A DNA stretch of 64,000 nt from Eledone cirrhosa (taxonomy: Eukaryota), in contig OZ024745.1 in assembly GCA_964016885.1 (NCBI GenBank), positions 100,006,001 through 100,070,000 on the forward strand. The letters are read 5' to 3'. Under the pieces are notes generated by a model, which worked only from the letters and a program-made list of their open reading frames with translations, had not been told where the DNA came from and searched no databases. Each line of letters begins with the position of its first letter. Position 1 is the first letter of the stretch. A program made the translations under genes and the position numbers. This document shows positions 48,171 to 62,300 of the stretch, in pieces.

Positions 48171-48387
48171 AAAAAAACATATGTATAAATATATACACAT
48201 ATATATATATATATATAAAACATATGTATAAATATGTACATATATATATGTATATATATATACATATATATAAATATATCTATATATCTATATATATATA
48301 TATATATATAAAACATATGTATAAATATCTATATCTATATATATATATATAAAACATATGTATAAATATATATATGTATATATGTAT

Positions 48388-48428
<41 letters not shown>

Positions 48429-48435
48429 TATATAT

Positions 48436-48467
<32 letters not shown>

Positions 48468-48781
48468 GCATATATATAACATATGTATAAATATATATAT
48501 ATGTATATATATATAAAACATATGTATAAATATATACATATGTATATATATATAACATGTATACATATGTTATATATATATATATATATGCATATATATA
48601 ACATTTGTATAAATATATAAAACATGTATAAATATATACATATGTATATATATATAGCATGTATATACATATATATATATATATAAAACATATGTATAAC
48701 TATATACATATATATATATAAAACATATGTATAAATATATACATATATATATAACATGTATATATAGATATAAAACATATG

Positions 48782-48832
<51 letters not shown>

Positions 48833-48844
48833 GCATATGTATAA

Positions 48845-48880
<36 letters not shown>

Positions 48881-48891
48881 CATATGTATAA

Positions 48892-48935
<44 letters not shown>

Positions 48936-49034
48936 CATATGTATAAATATATATATAAATATATATATATAACATGTATAAATAAATACATATATATGTA
49001 TATAACATATGTATAAATATATATATATACATGT

Positions 49035-49125
<91 letters not shown>

Positions 49126-49545
49126 TACACGTGTGTGTATGATTGTGTATAGAAGATTATATTAATAAAAGGAATTCCAACTTTGTCTGATTCACTCTTT
49201 TTATTTACAATCCTTTAAAATTATAATGATATTATAATGAAATATTATGGTAGAATATTAGATGTTAATTGAACAAGTACTTTCATGCTTTCACAATCTT
49301 CAGGTTCATATTCAGTGGTGACAGTCAAGTTTGCAATTTTCAACAGTTAAAAATTGCAAACTTGACTGTCACCACTGAATATGAACCTGAAGATTGCGAA
49401 AGCATGAAAGTACTTGTTCAATTAACATTTAATATTCTACCATAATATTTCATTATAATATCATTATAATTTTAAAGGATTGTAAATAAAAAGAGTGAAT
49501 CAGACAAAGTTGGAATTCCTTTTATTAATATATATATATACATGT

Positions 49546-49578
<33 letters not shown>

Positions 49579-49748
49579 ACATATGTATATATATATATAA
49601 ATAACATATGTATATATATAAATAACATATGTATATATATATATAAATAACATATGTATATATATATATAAATAACATATGTATATATATATATATATAA
49701 CATATGTATATATATATAAATAACATATATATATATATATATATAAAT

Positions 49749-49789
<41 letters not shown>

Positions 49790-50023
49790 CATATATATAT
49801 ATATATATAAATAACATATATATATATATATATAAATAACATATATATATATATAACATATGTATATATATATATATATATAACATATGTATATATATAA
49901 CATATGTATATATATATAACATATGTATATATATATATATATATAACATATGTATATATATATAACATATGTATATATATATATATAACATATGTATATA
50001 TATAACATATGTATATATATAGC

Positions 50024-50057
<34 letters not shown>

Positions 50058-50188
50058 CATATGTATATATAGCAAGTGTATATATATATATATATATATA
50101 TATAGCATATGTATATATATATAACATGTATATATATATATATATATAGCATATGTATATATATATATGTATATATATATAGCATATG

Positions 50189-50222
<34 letters not shown>

Positions 50223-50303
50223 ATATATTATATATATATAACATATGTATATAACATGTATATATATATATATATATACACATATATATATATTATATAT
50301 AAC

Positions 50304-50362
<59 letters not shown>
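48040..50362. repeat. Large compound (TA)n/AACATATGTAT arrays flanking a central palindrome
   Basis: Directly visible; interrupted at ~49130-49532. Confidence 0.95.
49158..49532. mobile_element. 375-bp near-perfect palindrome carrying two outward-facing hammerhead motifs (Penelope-like inverted terminus)
   Basis: Centre at 49345, with 3 mismatches seen. On + 49382-49420 reads tgaac CTGAAGA t-tgc-gaaa-gca-t GAAA gtac TT gttca; the mirror copy is on - at 49308-49270. Confidence 0.75.
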
Positions 50363-50367
<5 letters not shown>

Positions 50368-51045
50368 GCAAGATTTTTGTCCATATAAATGCAAAGTAAA
50401 GCACATGATGTAGCAGTGTAGCACTAGAATCAAGACATAAGGCAGCAGTTAAAGGTTTTGTCATTTAAATTAATGAGCCATAATTATTATTAAATTATTA
50501 CAGGAATTAACATAGAGAACATTTTTTGTAAGTTTCCTGCTATCTAACACATTTATTTTAAGAGAGAAAATTAAGGGAAAAAAAAAAAAAAATTAAACCA
50601 CAAAATAATAAAAAAACAAAAAGAAAAAATATATCTATGCTTTTTTTTTTCCTTTTGTTTTACGTAAGTAAAGGCTGAAAAATGTCTTTTTTGTTTTATG
50701 GACTAACTTAGATTACAATTCTTGAGAACCAACCAAAACTTACACCAGTATAACCATTATTTCTTTATACTACAATATCCCTGCATTACGAGGTAACAAA
50801 AAATTTACACCATTCTTGTGTTTTCAGTAATGTATATACCACTATACAATCTTTTATATTTGAACAATTATTTACAATAAGACGCTCATAATTATTTTTC
50901 TGTAAAATGCTTATTGAAATGACTGATTGGTGAACACAATTAGAAAATGTTCCTTTTTTTTTTTCTTCATGCATGATTTTTTTTATTTTATTAGTTTTTT
51001 TAACGTTTCTTTCCAACTCACACAGTCAAAATGATGGGATCATAC

Positions 51046-51216
51046 TTGTTGCTTGCTTTTTAGGCATTTGGCAAGTTCTGAAATTTCTTGAATCCTCGTC
51101 AGTCATCACTTGGATAATGACAGTTCTGCTTACAATGTAATTTGCTCAGTCTTTCGTTTCGTTTACTTCAATTATATACAGCTGGGCCGCTTAAAATAAA
51201 GCTTACTCTTGGATCA
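51046..51216 (-). other. Candidate exon of an unidentified minus-strand transcript
   Basis: Strong acceptor tttgtatttctttttccag and donor CAA|gtatga. Short ATG frame MTDEDSRNFRTCQMPKKQAT. Confidence 0.3.
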
Positions 51217-51394
51217 CTGGAAAAAGAAATACAAAATGATAAAAATTTACTTAAAAAATAATCCAATTTTAGCAAATTACCTGATACTTATGACCTTTAA
51301 TTAGAGATAAAATAATATGAATATATATTATCATATAATTTGTAAATAATAATTTACTAATGTTTATCATTGAAATTAAATATGAGTATCACAG

Positions 51395-51426
<32 letters not shown>

Positions 51427-51485
51427 CAGATAGGGTGTGGTAAAAAAACCCAGATGGACCATACTAGGGGTAGTAGAGTGGGTAA

Positions 51486-51600
51486 TATGAAAAGATTCAG
51501 GACCCTGATGGCTGAGTTCTGGTTGTTTTAACAGCTAGATCCAGATCTAGCTGTCAAAATGGCTGGAGCTCAGCTATCTGGGTCCTGAATCTTTTCATAT
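51486..51600. repeat. ~115-bp imperfect palindrome (MITE-like)
   Basis: atatgaaaagattcaggaccc...gggtcctgaatcttttcatat with centre acagctagatc-ca-gatctagctgt. Confidence 0.75.
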
Positions 51601-53301
51601 ATATATATATATATATATATAAATATTTACAGGTGGGGACAAATGAAAGAAAAGGGCATCAGCGCATAATGTGGAAGTTTAACTTAACTCTGCGTTACCT
51701 GTGGTTTCAAGACAAAAAACATGTTTATGTCATCAGGTGCACTAGAGAAATGTAAAAAAAATGGGGAATGAAGTTAAGGGCCTCCATTAATTGGTTCAAC
51801 CAGATCACATGGTGGTATTGATAAGTCGGCAACAACATAGGTAAGTTTGCATTTTTATCATCATTAATTTGTATGGAAGCTAACAACATCTGGTGTATGT
51901 TCTCATGGGTGCAATGGTGGCATCATTGAAGCCTGGTAGCTCTAGATTTTGTAGATGGGCTGAATGTTCAATTGATGTGGGACGATCTAATAAATTCCGA
52001 CCTTACACATTTGCACCTCTCTAAGACAATGTCACTGGACCGAGATCTTTGGCGCTACACAGTAATACAGAAGACCTGCCTTGCCTATGTACAAAGCGAA
52101 ACCTACAGTCAGTAGGCACCTCTTAAACAAATATACACCACAATCCACTACCCCTATCCTCCCACTCCCACCAACACCTCTCTGTAAAGTTGGTACCACA
52201 ACATCCAGTCCAAATAAATGAGATAATGAGATCGAGATTGTGTAGGTGTCACAACAAAAAACACACAGTCCACGCTGTAATGTGGCCGTGTAGGTAACAT
52301 GGTAAAAAGTTCCCAGTTCCACACTGCAAATGTGGTTGGTGTTAGGAAGGGCATCCAGCCATAGAAAATCTGCCAGATGGTCCTATATGAGCGAGACACG
52401 GTCACCCGACCAACCTTGACTCAAATTGGGACAACTCCCGCCTAACCCATGCTAGCGTGGAAAATGGATGTTAAACGATGATGATGATGATGATGATGCT
52501 GGTTCAAGCTGTCTGTGGCAGCAAAATGTTAGCCAAACTCAAACCATGGTCCCAGACTTCCCACAAAGACCATCTTAGTTCCACCCAGCTAGCCTTTTTT
52601 TTAAAGAGCAGACAGTAAGAACCAGTATGTACCCAGAATGTACACCATGACACCAACATCAGACTCATTACAAACATCTATTCAGCAACATTAGATACAC
52701 AGAGCTAAAGAACTATCTTCTTCTTTGCCCACTTAATCCTGGGAGGGTTATGGTGACAGAGTCCTCAAACACTCCTTCCAGCAGGTCCTGTCAGAAGCAA
52801 CCATCTCTAAATGATCTGGCTGGATCCTCAAGCGAGACCAGCAAAGCTCATGGATGTTATCCAACCATCTTGCTCAAGGTCTACCGCTGGATCTCCTGCT
52901 GGTTGGTTTTGCCTGTAAAATCTGTCCAGTGATTCTTTCCTGAGACATTCTAACTACATACCCATAGTATTGGAGCTGGGATTTCTCAATTCGGGGAAGT
53001 AGTGGCTCTACCTGGAGCATTCAGTAATCAGAAGAAGGGAGGTGAGCGGAGAAGCCAAACTCGCAATCTTCAATTTGGTATTCGTGCCATCCCTTACCTA
53101 TGGTCATGAAACTTGGGTAAAGAACTATCAAACTAAAAAATATCACTAGCGCACCTATGATGTAACACCAACATGTAAAGCAAGCAATGGAAGTGCTTAA
53201 GAGTAAGGCCCCAAACACTTTTTATTTTTTCCAGTGCATTAGATGACATAAACATGTTTTTGTCTTGAAATCATTAGTAATGCAGAATTAAGTCAAGTTG
53301 T

Positions 53302-53364
<63 letters not shown>

Positions 53365-55886
53365 CCTGGGTTCAATCGGGAGTAACCACAGTAAGTAAGG
53401 TCCTCATAACAGTATAAATATTCAATATGGAAATGGCTTCTACAGGACTAGAACTGTTTCATTCGAAGGAAATCATATATATAAACACATAAACACATAT
53501 ATACATATTAATTATATCAATGGTGTATGATTGTATCTGTTCAAAAGAATGTTTATAATATATAAGTCTATTTTGTTGAAAGCATTTTACCAGATTGTCC
53601 AATAAATTTATTTATACTAACCAATAGGGGGAAAATGTTTAGAGCAGAAGAAATATTAATGTAATGTTTATAAATGTAAATACAACTCTTTATAATGTAT
53701 ATTCATATTTCTAATAAAAATTCATAAAAAGAAAAAAATGCAACTGAATTGATAAAAACAAAATAAAAGATCTCTTAGCTGTAGGGCAGTGAACATATAG
53801 CACATGAAGATTGGCAAAACGTCATGCAATAATTAAGCATTTGATTATTATGATGGTTTTTTTTTTATTTTTTAAATTGGGTAATTATAAATGAAGAAAA
53901 ATAACTGTAAAACAACCAGCATGCAAGAAACTGTTGGAAATTCCAAAACACACAGATCACACACACACGCGCGCGCGCGCGCAGACAGACTGACTGACAC
54001 AAACACATTTATATCATGTCTTTAAAAAGAATAAGGCAATATGTTATTTAAATAAAGTATAAAAATATTTCAAATGCAATGTTTTCAATAACATGGGTAA
54101 GGTAACAATGACAATAGCTGCTGTAATAGTTGAGAAGAATTTGTTATAATAATTATTTTAGTAAATTTATTTTTCATTTGTATGGAAAAATAAATAAAAC
54201 CTCTTTCAGATTGTATAGAATACAAAGTAGATTTTACTTAAACCAAAAACTATATGTAAATGTCACATAAAAATACCAAATTAGTTACAGGTAAGATGTG
54301 ACTTTTATCATTAAAACTTCACCACTTGTAGAAGATGAAAAACATTGATATCAACAATATACCACTAATTACGGGCCTTTATAATCTGAGTTCAAATCCC
54401 GCCGAGGTTAACTTTGCCTTTTATCCTTATGGGGTTGATAAAATAAAGTACCAGTAATGCACTGGGATAATTGCTGGCCTTGTGCCAAAAGTAGAAACAA
54501 TTATGAATTATCATCAGATTTTCCATGATGAGTTGGATGGATTGTCACAGACCAAATTAGTACTTATTTGGAGTTACTGTTTCTCTAGGCGAGCTGGGGT
54601 CCACATCTCACATATATTCCAGTTTTAACATATTTTCTACAATTGGATGCTTTTCCTAATGCCAACTACTTTACAAGGTGTAGTAGGTCCATTTTATCAT
54701 AGCACTAGCATTAAAGAGGTTGTTACGTCCTTGACACAATTGAAGAGAGCTCTCAACCTTTTGTTTGACATGGTTTTTGAGACTCGGTGCCCTTCCGAAT
54801 ATCAACTATTTTACAGAGTGTACTGGGTGCTTTTCATCATGGGACCAGTATTAGAAAGGCTGTCATGTCTGTGATGAAAAAACAAAACCAAACTAAAGAA
54901 AGTTGATGTAAGAGTTATCAACAATCAACCAGACTCTTGGAGAAATTTGGCATGGCACAACATGACTACTTTTGGCCCTAGGATGTGTGCTGTCAAATAT
55001 CCATTGACTCCTTATCATCGCACCAGCTGAACTTCATCTTTTATAGGTTTTGCTGGCAGCTCAAAATGTTTATATATATATACAGAGAGAGAGAGAGAGA
55101 GAGAGACAGAAACTAGATGCTTTGACTACATGCTGAGTTACCTTATGTGATGAAAAAATAGAAGCAGACTGGATTACATAATGATAGTGCTGATGGGAGT
55201 TGGCAATTGGTTATTGAGATATCAATGTAAATAACATACAGATGAAGCAGAAAGAGAGTGGCAAAGGTACATCTTCCTCTATGGGAAGAGAGAATATTAA
55301 CCAAGCTGTATGCCTAGCTTGTAATAATATATATATCATCATCATCATCATCACTATTTTACATCCATTCTTCCACGCTAGCATGGGTTAGAAGGGCTGT
55401 CCTGTTGTTGGCAGTGTCTGGTCGGCTGAACTTGTCTTGTTCATATGGGAACTGATTCTGGCTTGATTTCTACAGCTGGATGCCCTTCCTAACACCAACC
55501 TCATTTACAGTGAGTGCTGGGTGCTTTATTTTCCGTGGCGCCTACACGTCCACTTTACAGTGTGGTCTGGCTGCTTTTTTTTTTTGCCGTGGCACCTCCA
55601 CGACCACTTTGCAGTGGAATGATAGGGACCCCCCCAGTCCTATCATTTCATTTCTACAGCTGAGTAAACTGGAGAAATGTGAAATAAAGTGTCTTGTTCA
55701 AGGAAACAACACATCACCCGGTCCGAGAATTGAACTCACAACCTTTCGATTGCAAGCCCAATGCTCTAACCACTAAGCCATGTGCCTTCACACATATATA
55801 TCTGTGATATCATACTCTGCTTTACGAGGGCATTGAGTGCTTATACGGCCTACCGCATACGGACGCTTTAAGCATCCAACACCAAT

Positions 55887-55920
<34 letters not shown>

Positions 55921-56232
55921 TAGGTTGGGATGACAAAAAAGGATCAGGTAGCAAAGAGCTTCAACTTAAGAGTGTAAAACAGAATTTAAAAAAAAAAAAC
56001 AAAAAAAAAGTAAAAAAAAAAACAATAAAAAATAAAATAAAAACAATGGTTGACAAAATCTCTGCACGAAAACAAAAGCAATGTGTACGTAGTGGACATA
56101 TTTTCACCACCTAGAAATAGAAGAAGTGATCTGATATTTCGGGTTAAACCCTTTATCAGAGTAAAATAAGAATAAGTGTAGGTAGGAGGAACAATACTGA
56201 GATGAAGAGACAATGTGGTTTGAATCACATCT

Positions 56233-56327
<95 letters not shown>

Positions 56328-56344
56328 TGTGTGTATATCTAAAG

Positions 56345-56632
56345 TCTAAAGCCTGTCTTAAGCCAGAAGGCTCATTTGGCCAGTGCTTATCCTGGCTTCA
56401 TGGCGTGAAGCGACTGAGAGTACAAGACTTACCCCTGGACAAGATGCCAGTCCATCGCAGGGTTAACCTCCCAGCTATTGCTGGTACTCATTTTCAGCTG
56501 AGTATACTGAGCAACGTGAAATGAAGTGTTTCGCTCAAGAACACAACACTCAACCTAGGAATCAAACCCACGACATTATGATCGTAAGTCCAATGTCCAA
56601 TACCCTTACCACTAGACCATCTGCCTCCACCA
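56345..56632 (-). mobile_element. tRNA-headed SINE, another family (related pieces at ~59680-59860 + and 63787-63901 -)
   Basis: Shared gagccagaaggctcatttggcc..cccctggaca.gatgccagtccatcgca, and A/B-box-like head on the - strand. Confidence 0.65.
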
Positions 56633-56644
56633 TATATATATGCA

Positions 56645-57600
56645 TAGTAAGTAGAGCACCCAATCCAAAGGACGAGTTTGGTATAGAGTTAGTTCTACAA
56701 CAAATTACTAATCCATATTCGAAGACGAGTGTTTCACCGAACAAATTTTCAACCCGTGTATGGATGTGGTGAGAACTGAAGTATATATGAGCTGACTAGA
56801 TTCTGTGTCTCAGACAGCGATAGTTTGGTGACAAAGAAGACAACTCAAATTAGACTGATGTTGGGGAGACAATTTTTGGTTGAGTTACTTCATTCTGGGT
56901 AAGATTTATGGTTATCCTGGGTCTTTCCAGTTACACAACAGATACTTCATAGCATGTTGACAGTGATTAAAAAAATGGGCTCTTGTGTTAAGGCAAATAC
57001 TATTACGTAACCTCAACAAGATATTCCCTCTTTCATCAATATACAGCTTACAGGACATTGTCCCATTTCTGTATGGCCTGGATTTGACCAGAACTTTCCA
57101 CTGAATGGAGAAATTCACGCCTGCATCTTTGAGTGACCATATGTGGTTTACAAGCTTCGTGGACGATCACTTATTAGAATGTCTAAAGGTTGTCTGATGG
57201 TTAAGGAAGCATTCTTTAAACTGGCCCTCTGACATACCTACCTATATTTTGACCGTCTGCTGTTGATTTGGTCTAGTGGATGTAACTCCAGCCTAATAGA
57301 TCACTGCAGGTGTTGAAGGGGGCATGATTCTAGCTTTCTCCAAGAGCAACTGGGTGGGGATGAGCTCTTAAGGTTGGTGGTGATGTGGGCTTTCATATTT
57401 TTAGCACAAGAATAACTGAGTTTCACCATGTCTATTGAAGATATGTCTGTATTTATGTCCTGTAGGGAAGTGTTTGTCTAGGAGTGCTAAGAATTTCCTA
57501 ACTTCATTGGTTCTAACTCTGCGCAAGAAGGTGGGTAGGAGCAAATAATCTTTTAAATTCTATTTCTCTTTCTACTGGTAGTGTGATTAGGAGGGGAGTA
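56645..57600 (-). mobile_element. Penelope-like element 3' remnant (GIY-YIG endonuclease, Neptune-like C-terminus) with degenerate hammerhead in its tail
   Basis: The - strand gives VIY*A..VG..EGQFKE..NHQTTF..HIWSLK, then IQWKVL..Y..SCKL..E..LNTR..NHCQH..KYLL. Downstream on the same strand is cggg TTGAAAA..GAAAC actc GTC ttcg (~56758-56717). Confidence 0.7.
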
Positions 57601-57661
57601 AGAAATTTAATTGGAAAAGACGCTGTTGGCTAACACAGTGTTATAATAAGGTTTCACTCTG

Positions 57662-57692
<31 letters not shown>

Positions 57693-57849
57693 CATCACCA
57701 TCATCGTTTAACGTCCATGTTTGTATGCAAGGGAAGGTGGGTCTTCTGTACAACTGCATAGCGCCAAAGATCTCGATCCAGTGACATTGTTTTAGAGAGG
57801 TGTAAGTGAGCAAGGTCAGGTTTTATATATATATATATATATTAGCTAA

Positions 57850-58380
57850 TTTTCTTATTTCTATTTTCTATTTATTATTTGTTTTATCTTATTATTTTTT
57901 ATGACTTATTTCCCACTCTTTCTGTCCCTCCAAAATATATCTAAAAGTTGCCTTTTATTCACAGCAGATAGCAATAGAAATATTTTCACTGCAAAATGCT
58001 ACAAACTTACCTCATAATTTGAAATCTTTCTGAAGAAATGCAATATTTAATGTATTACTAGTGAATGGGCATAATAATAATAATATTATTATGCAAGCAG
58101 CACTATGTAGACTTATATTGTATTGAAACATATGTTAGAGGGTGAACTTTTGATAAAATTCTTCATTTTTCTATATTTCAAGCCTAGTGTTTGTTTTTCC
58201 TATACATTAACACACAGTATTACTCCATGATCTTCCACCTGGATACTATAATTAGATCCCTCTTATGGGACTATTACTGTAACTTACAAGGACCATGTTG
58301 AGAAAAATACTTTGGTAAGCAATCTTACTTGTTTTATTTTTGTTTGTATACTTATCTACACAAACAAATTTTACTCGTAC
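57850..58380 (+). repeat. Diverged duplicate of 38110-38481 plus 40329-40520, lacking the RTE insertion
   Basis: Colinear alignment by eye; the leading segment 37920-38110 matches 54311-54503. Confidence 0.85.
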
Positions 58381-58482
<102 letters not shown>

Positions 58483-59350
58483 GGGGGGATTCAAACATAT
58501 CTTAACTCAATGGGAGTTAATTAAATCTTGACACAGTTTCGATAGAATTTAACATATAATATCAAAGTATAGATTTAGAAAAACAGAACAGATTAAGATT
58601 TTCAGATTATATTAAAGGAAAAACCTGTAGATGAGATTTTTCAGATTTTACTATTAGTGTTTGTGGAAATGATGCTTATGTTAATAAATAGATTTAAAAA
58701 AAAAATAGTATAACACATTGGTGGTAGTAGTAAATGAGAAGGATGATATATTTAGAGAAGTGATGTGCTGGGTTAGCAATATAGAAACAGACGTTAGTTC
58801 GAAGGAGGATTATGCAAAAACAGATTCAATACACTATGGATAACACTTGAAGTGAAGCTATGTGAAGTAACTTCTTTCATAAAAGGGAATTGATGAAAGA
58901 AACTAGAATAGTATTTAATACTAACAGGAAAACAAGAAAGAAAGTAATATGCTTAGTATAACAAGAAAAGAATGGATTTTCAATATACTGAATTGTTATC
59001 AACTGCAGTGGTATTGTCAGATGTTGCTTATCTTACAATACCATCATTTGTTATATAACAGATGTAAGTACACTAAATATAATTTGTACAAAATGTATAT
59101 TTATTCAATTATTCAAGGATCACTTAAATTACTGGATAGATTTGACTGCTACAAACTGGAAAAGGGAGTTCCCATAAGTAATTCGTGAATATATCAATCA
59201 TCACTGTGAATTCGTGAATATATCAATCCACTTTCCATGGTTGGATAGGTTAGACAAGTTGTCATATCATGAGATACGCCAGGTCTTGACCACATTTTGT
59301 TCATACAGATCTGTATTTTGACTTGGTTTCAAAGGCTGGATGCCCTATTG

Positions 59351-59384
<34 letters not shown>

Positions 59385-62300
59385 GTCTAATTATGTACAT
59401 ATAGACACAGACTGTGTGGTTAAGAGGTTGTTTCTCAACCATCAAGTTTCAGTTGAGATGGCTCTAACGAGTGCATCCACAGCATCATAAAAAAGGGTTG
59501 TCCTTGCATGGTGATCACAGATGTCTAATACAAATACGACATGAGGATCAAATATTTGCTAAAGCTTGATCTTGTCAATCCATGTTTTCAACTGTCTGCC
59601 TCATTGTTTACACCATCCCAGGAAGGACTTAGGTATGACTGCATCATGGATGAATTCACCTCATGGGTTGTGGAATACATGGGTTAGTGGTAAGGGGTAT
59701 TGGATTTACGAACATAATATCATGGGTTTGATTCCCGGACTGGGTTGTGTGTTGTGTTCTTGGCGTCTTGTCCAGAGGGAAGTCCTGAACTCTCAATCAC
59801 TTCATGCTATGGAAACTGAGATAAGCACTGGTCTGATGAGCCTCTGGACTTGAGACAGACTTTAGACTGTGGCGCCTTTTGGTTAGAATTTGTTGGGGGA
59901 AATCTTTCATGGGCTGTGGAATGTGTGACCAAACCAAGTTTGGCACAAAATCCAATGTGTAAATATGGTAGATTCGGTGATGGCATAAGTGGTTAAACAT
60001 TTCCAACTAGTGTACATTAGTTGCTCTCATTGACCATGTCTCACAACTATACATAAGATGATGTAAATGAGCAATCAACAGATACAGATTTTTGTAGCCA
60101 GGTGGATCTATTTAAATCAGAGCCAGCTTTGAAAGTAACAGAATGCAGCATATGACAGTCAATGTGGACAGCTATCTCATATTTACTTTAGCCTGTGGTA
60201 GTGAAGGTTGCACCAAGTAACTTGAATTTATCAATTTCTTCTTGAATTTTGCTATTGAGTATCACAGGGACACTTTCAGAAAGAAAGATGTCAGTAGATA
60301 CTTTCTTTGTTTTGGGTGCAATGAGTACACTTTGGGATGTTTAGTAGCTGATTGAACATCAACTTAGTTATCGCCAGTTATTGTGAAGGTGTTGCTATAG
60401 TCAAGGTCAATGACCTAGGTCCTGTCCCACAGCAACACTTGGGAAATGTTACAAACATACTAAGCAATCCAGTCAATTGAAAAGTGTTGAAAACAGGGCG
60501 ACCTTGTTAGTGAATGTCCCTAGAGTGAATTTTGACAAGAACAGAGTCCTTGCCTTAACAGCAAACCTTTGCTCGTGTAGAGATGTAATATGCTTTTGTT
60601 AAGTTTAGGGGGTTCACAGGCAACCCCCAACAACAATATCCCAGAGTGTGCTGCAGTTGACAAAACCAAAAGCTGCAATAAATGTTTCTACTTTAAGCAC
60701 AAGGCCAGCAATTATCCCAGTACATTACTGGTGCTTTATTTTATCGACCCCATGAAGATGAAAGGCAAATTTAACCTAGGTGGGATTTGAACTCAGACCG
60801 TAAAGGGCCGTAACTCTATGCTGCAAAGCATGGCGTCCGACCCTCTACCAATACTGCCAATCCACCACCAAAAAGCTGTAACAATGTCCACAAAACAGGC
60901 GATAATTTGCTGCTGCTAGTTCCAGTGGTGTTTCAGAATACTTCTCAAGATGACGATTTTTTTTTTTTTTTCTCTAAGACCTAGTCAATGTTACCCAAGA
61001 GTTCTCATAAACAGCTGCTCTCAAACTCCTAGATGGGGATTTGAACCAAACCCCAATGCTAAATATACATATAATACATATATATATATATATATATTCA
61101 GAAGGCTAGTTATAAATTATAAGTCACTTTCAATTAACCCCATCTTGAGCCCTATAATATATCATCATCATCATCATCAGCATCAATGATCTCACAGACA
61201 TACACATCTATATGTTAACAATGAGAGTTTTTTTTTCGTTGGTGTTGGCATTATAGCAAATTTCCAGTTGTGTGGCTAGCAACTGAAAGAAGATTAGCGT
61301 GTAATAATATTTGTTTCAAATTAGTAATGGGATAAACTGAGAGAGAGAGAGAGAGAAAGGGAGAGAGAGAGTGTGTGTAGGTGTGTGTGTGTGTGTGTGT
61401 GGGGGGGGGGGGTTACACTTTGAGAGTGATTGCAGGAACACATTTTAGGTGAGTCACTGTTGCATTGCAGTAATTGGATGGCATTTTGCATTTGGTGACT
61501 GTGTATGCAGTAGTAAGATTGAGATTGTGAAGATAAATATGATACACACATATAGACAATAAAAATAACTAATAAGATATTATGTGTGTGTATATACATA
61601 CATACATACATATATATAAGATATTATGTGTGTATATATACATACATACATATATATATATAAGATATTTTGTGTGTATATATACATACATACATATATA
61701 TATATGCACGTCCCATATATTGATATGTTCATACACGCGAAGATATACAAATATAAACATCAATGACAAAATAAAACACAGTCATATGAAAGTTGAGAAG
61801 AAAGATTAAAGTTTGATTTAAAGATATTTGAGTGAAACAAGACTTTACAAAGAACAGGAAAATTATTTTGCACATCCATCCAAATAATATATGAAAAAAG
61901 AAAGCCTTGAAAGTTTGTGATTGTGAATAATAACAAAGACACAGAAGTGCAGACTGTATTTTAAGGGCTTACTTCTTGCTTCACAGTAATTAACATATTA
62001 AAAATTTTCCAATCATATTTTAAATTTGGGGTGGAGAAATGGGGTTCCTCTGAAGGAGTAATGTTACTCGATAGAGTGCATATCTCAGAGATCAGAAAGT
62101 CACTCCAGTAGAGCTTCTACATCATAGAATTGAGAGATCAAAGCTCCGATTCTATGAGCATGAGGTTAGAATGCCTCAGGAAAGAAATCCCTAGAAAGAT
62201 TTTATTGGCAAAGCAATCAATCCTTGAGCTTGGCTGGTCTCACTTGGGGATCAAACTGGATCAGTTAGAGACAGTTGCTTCTGGTAGGACTTGCTGGAAG

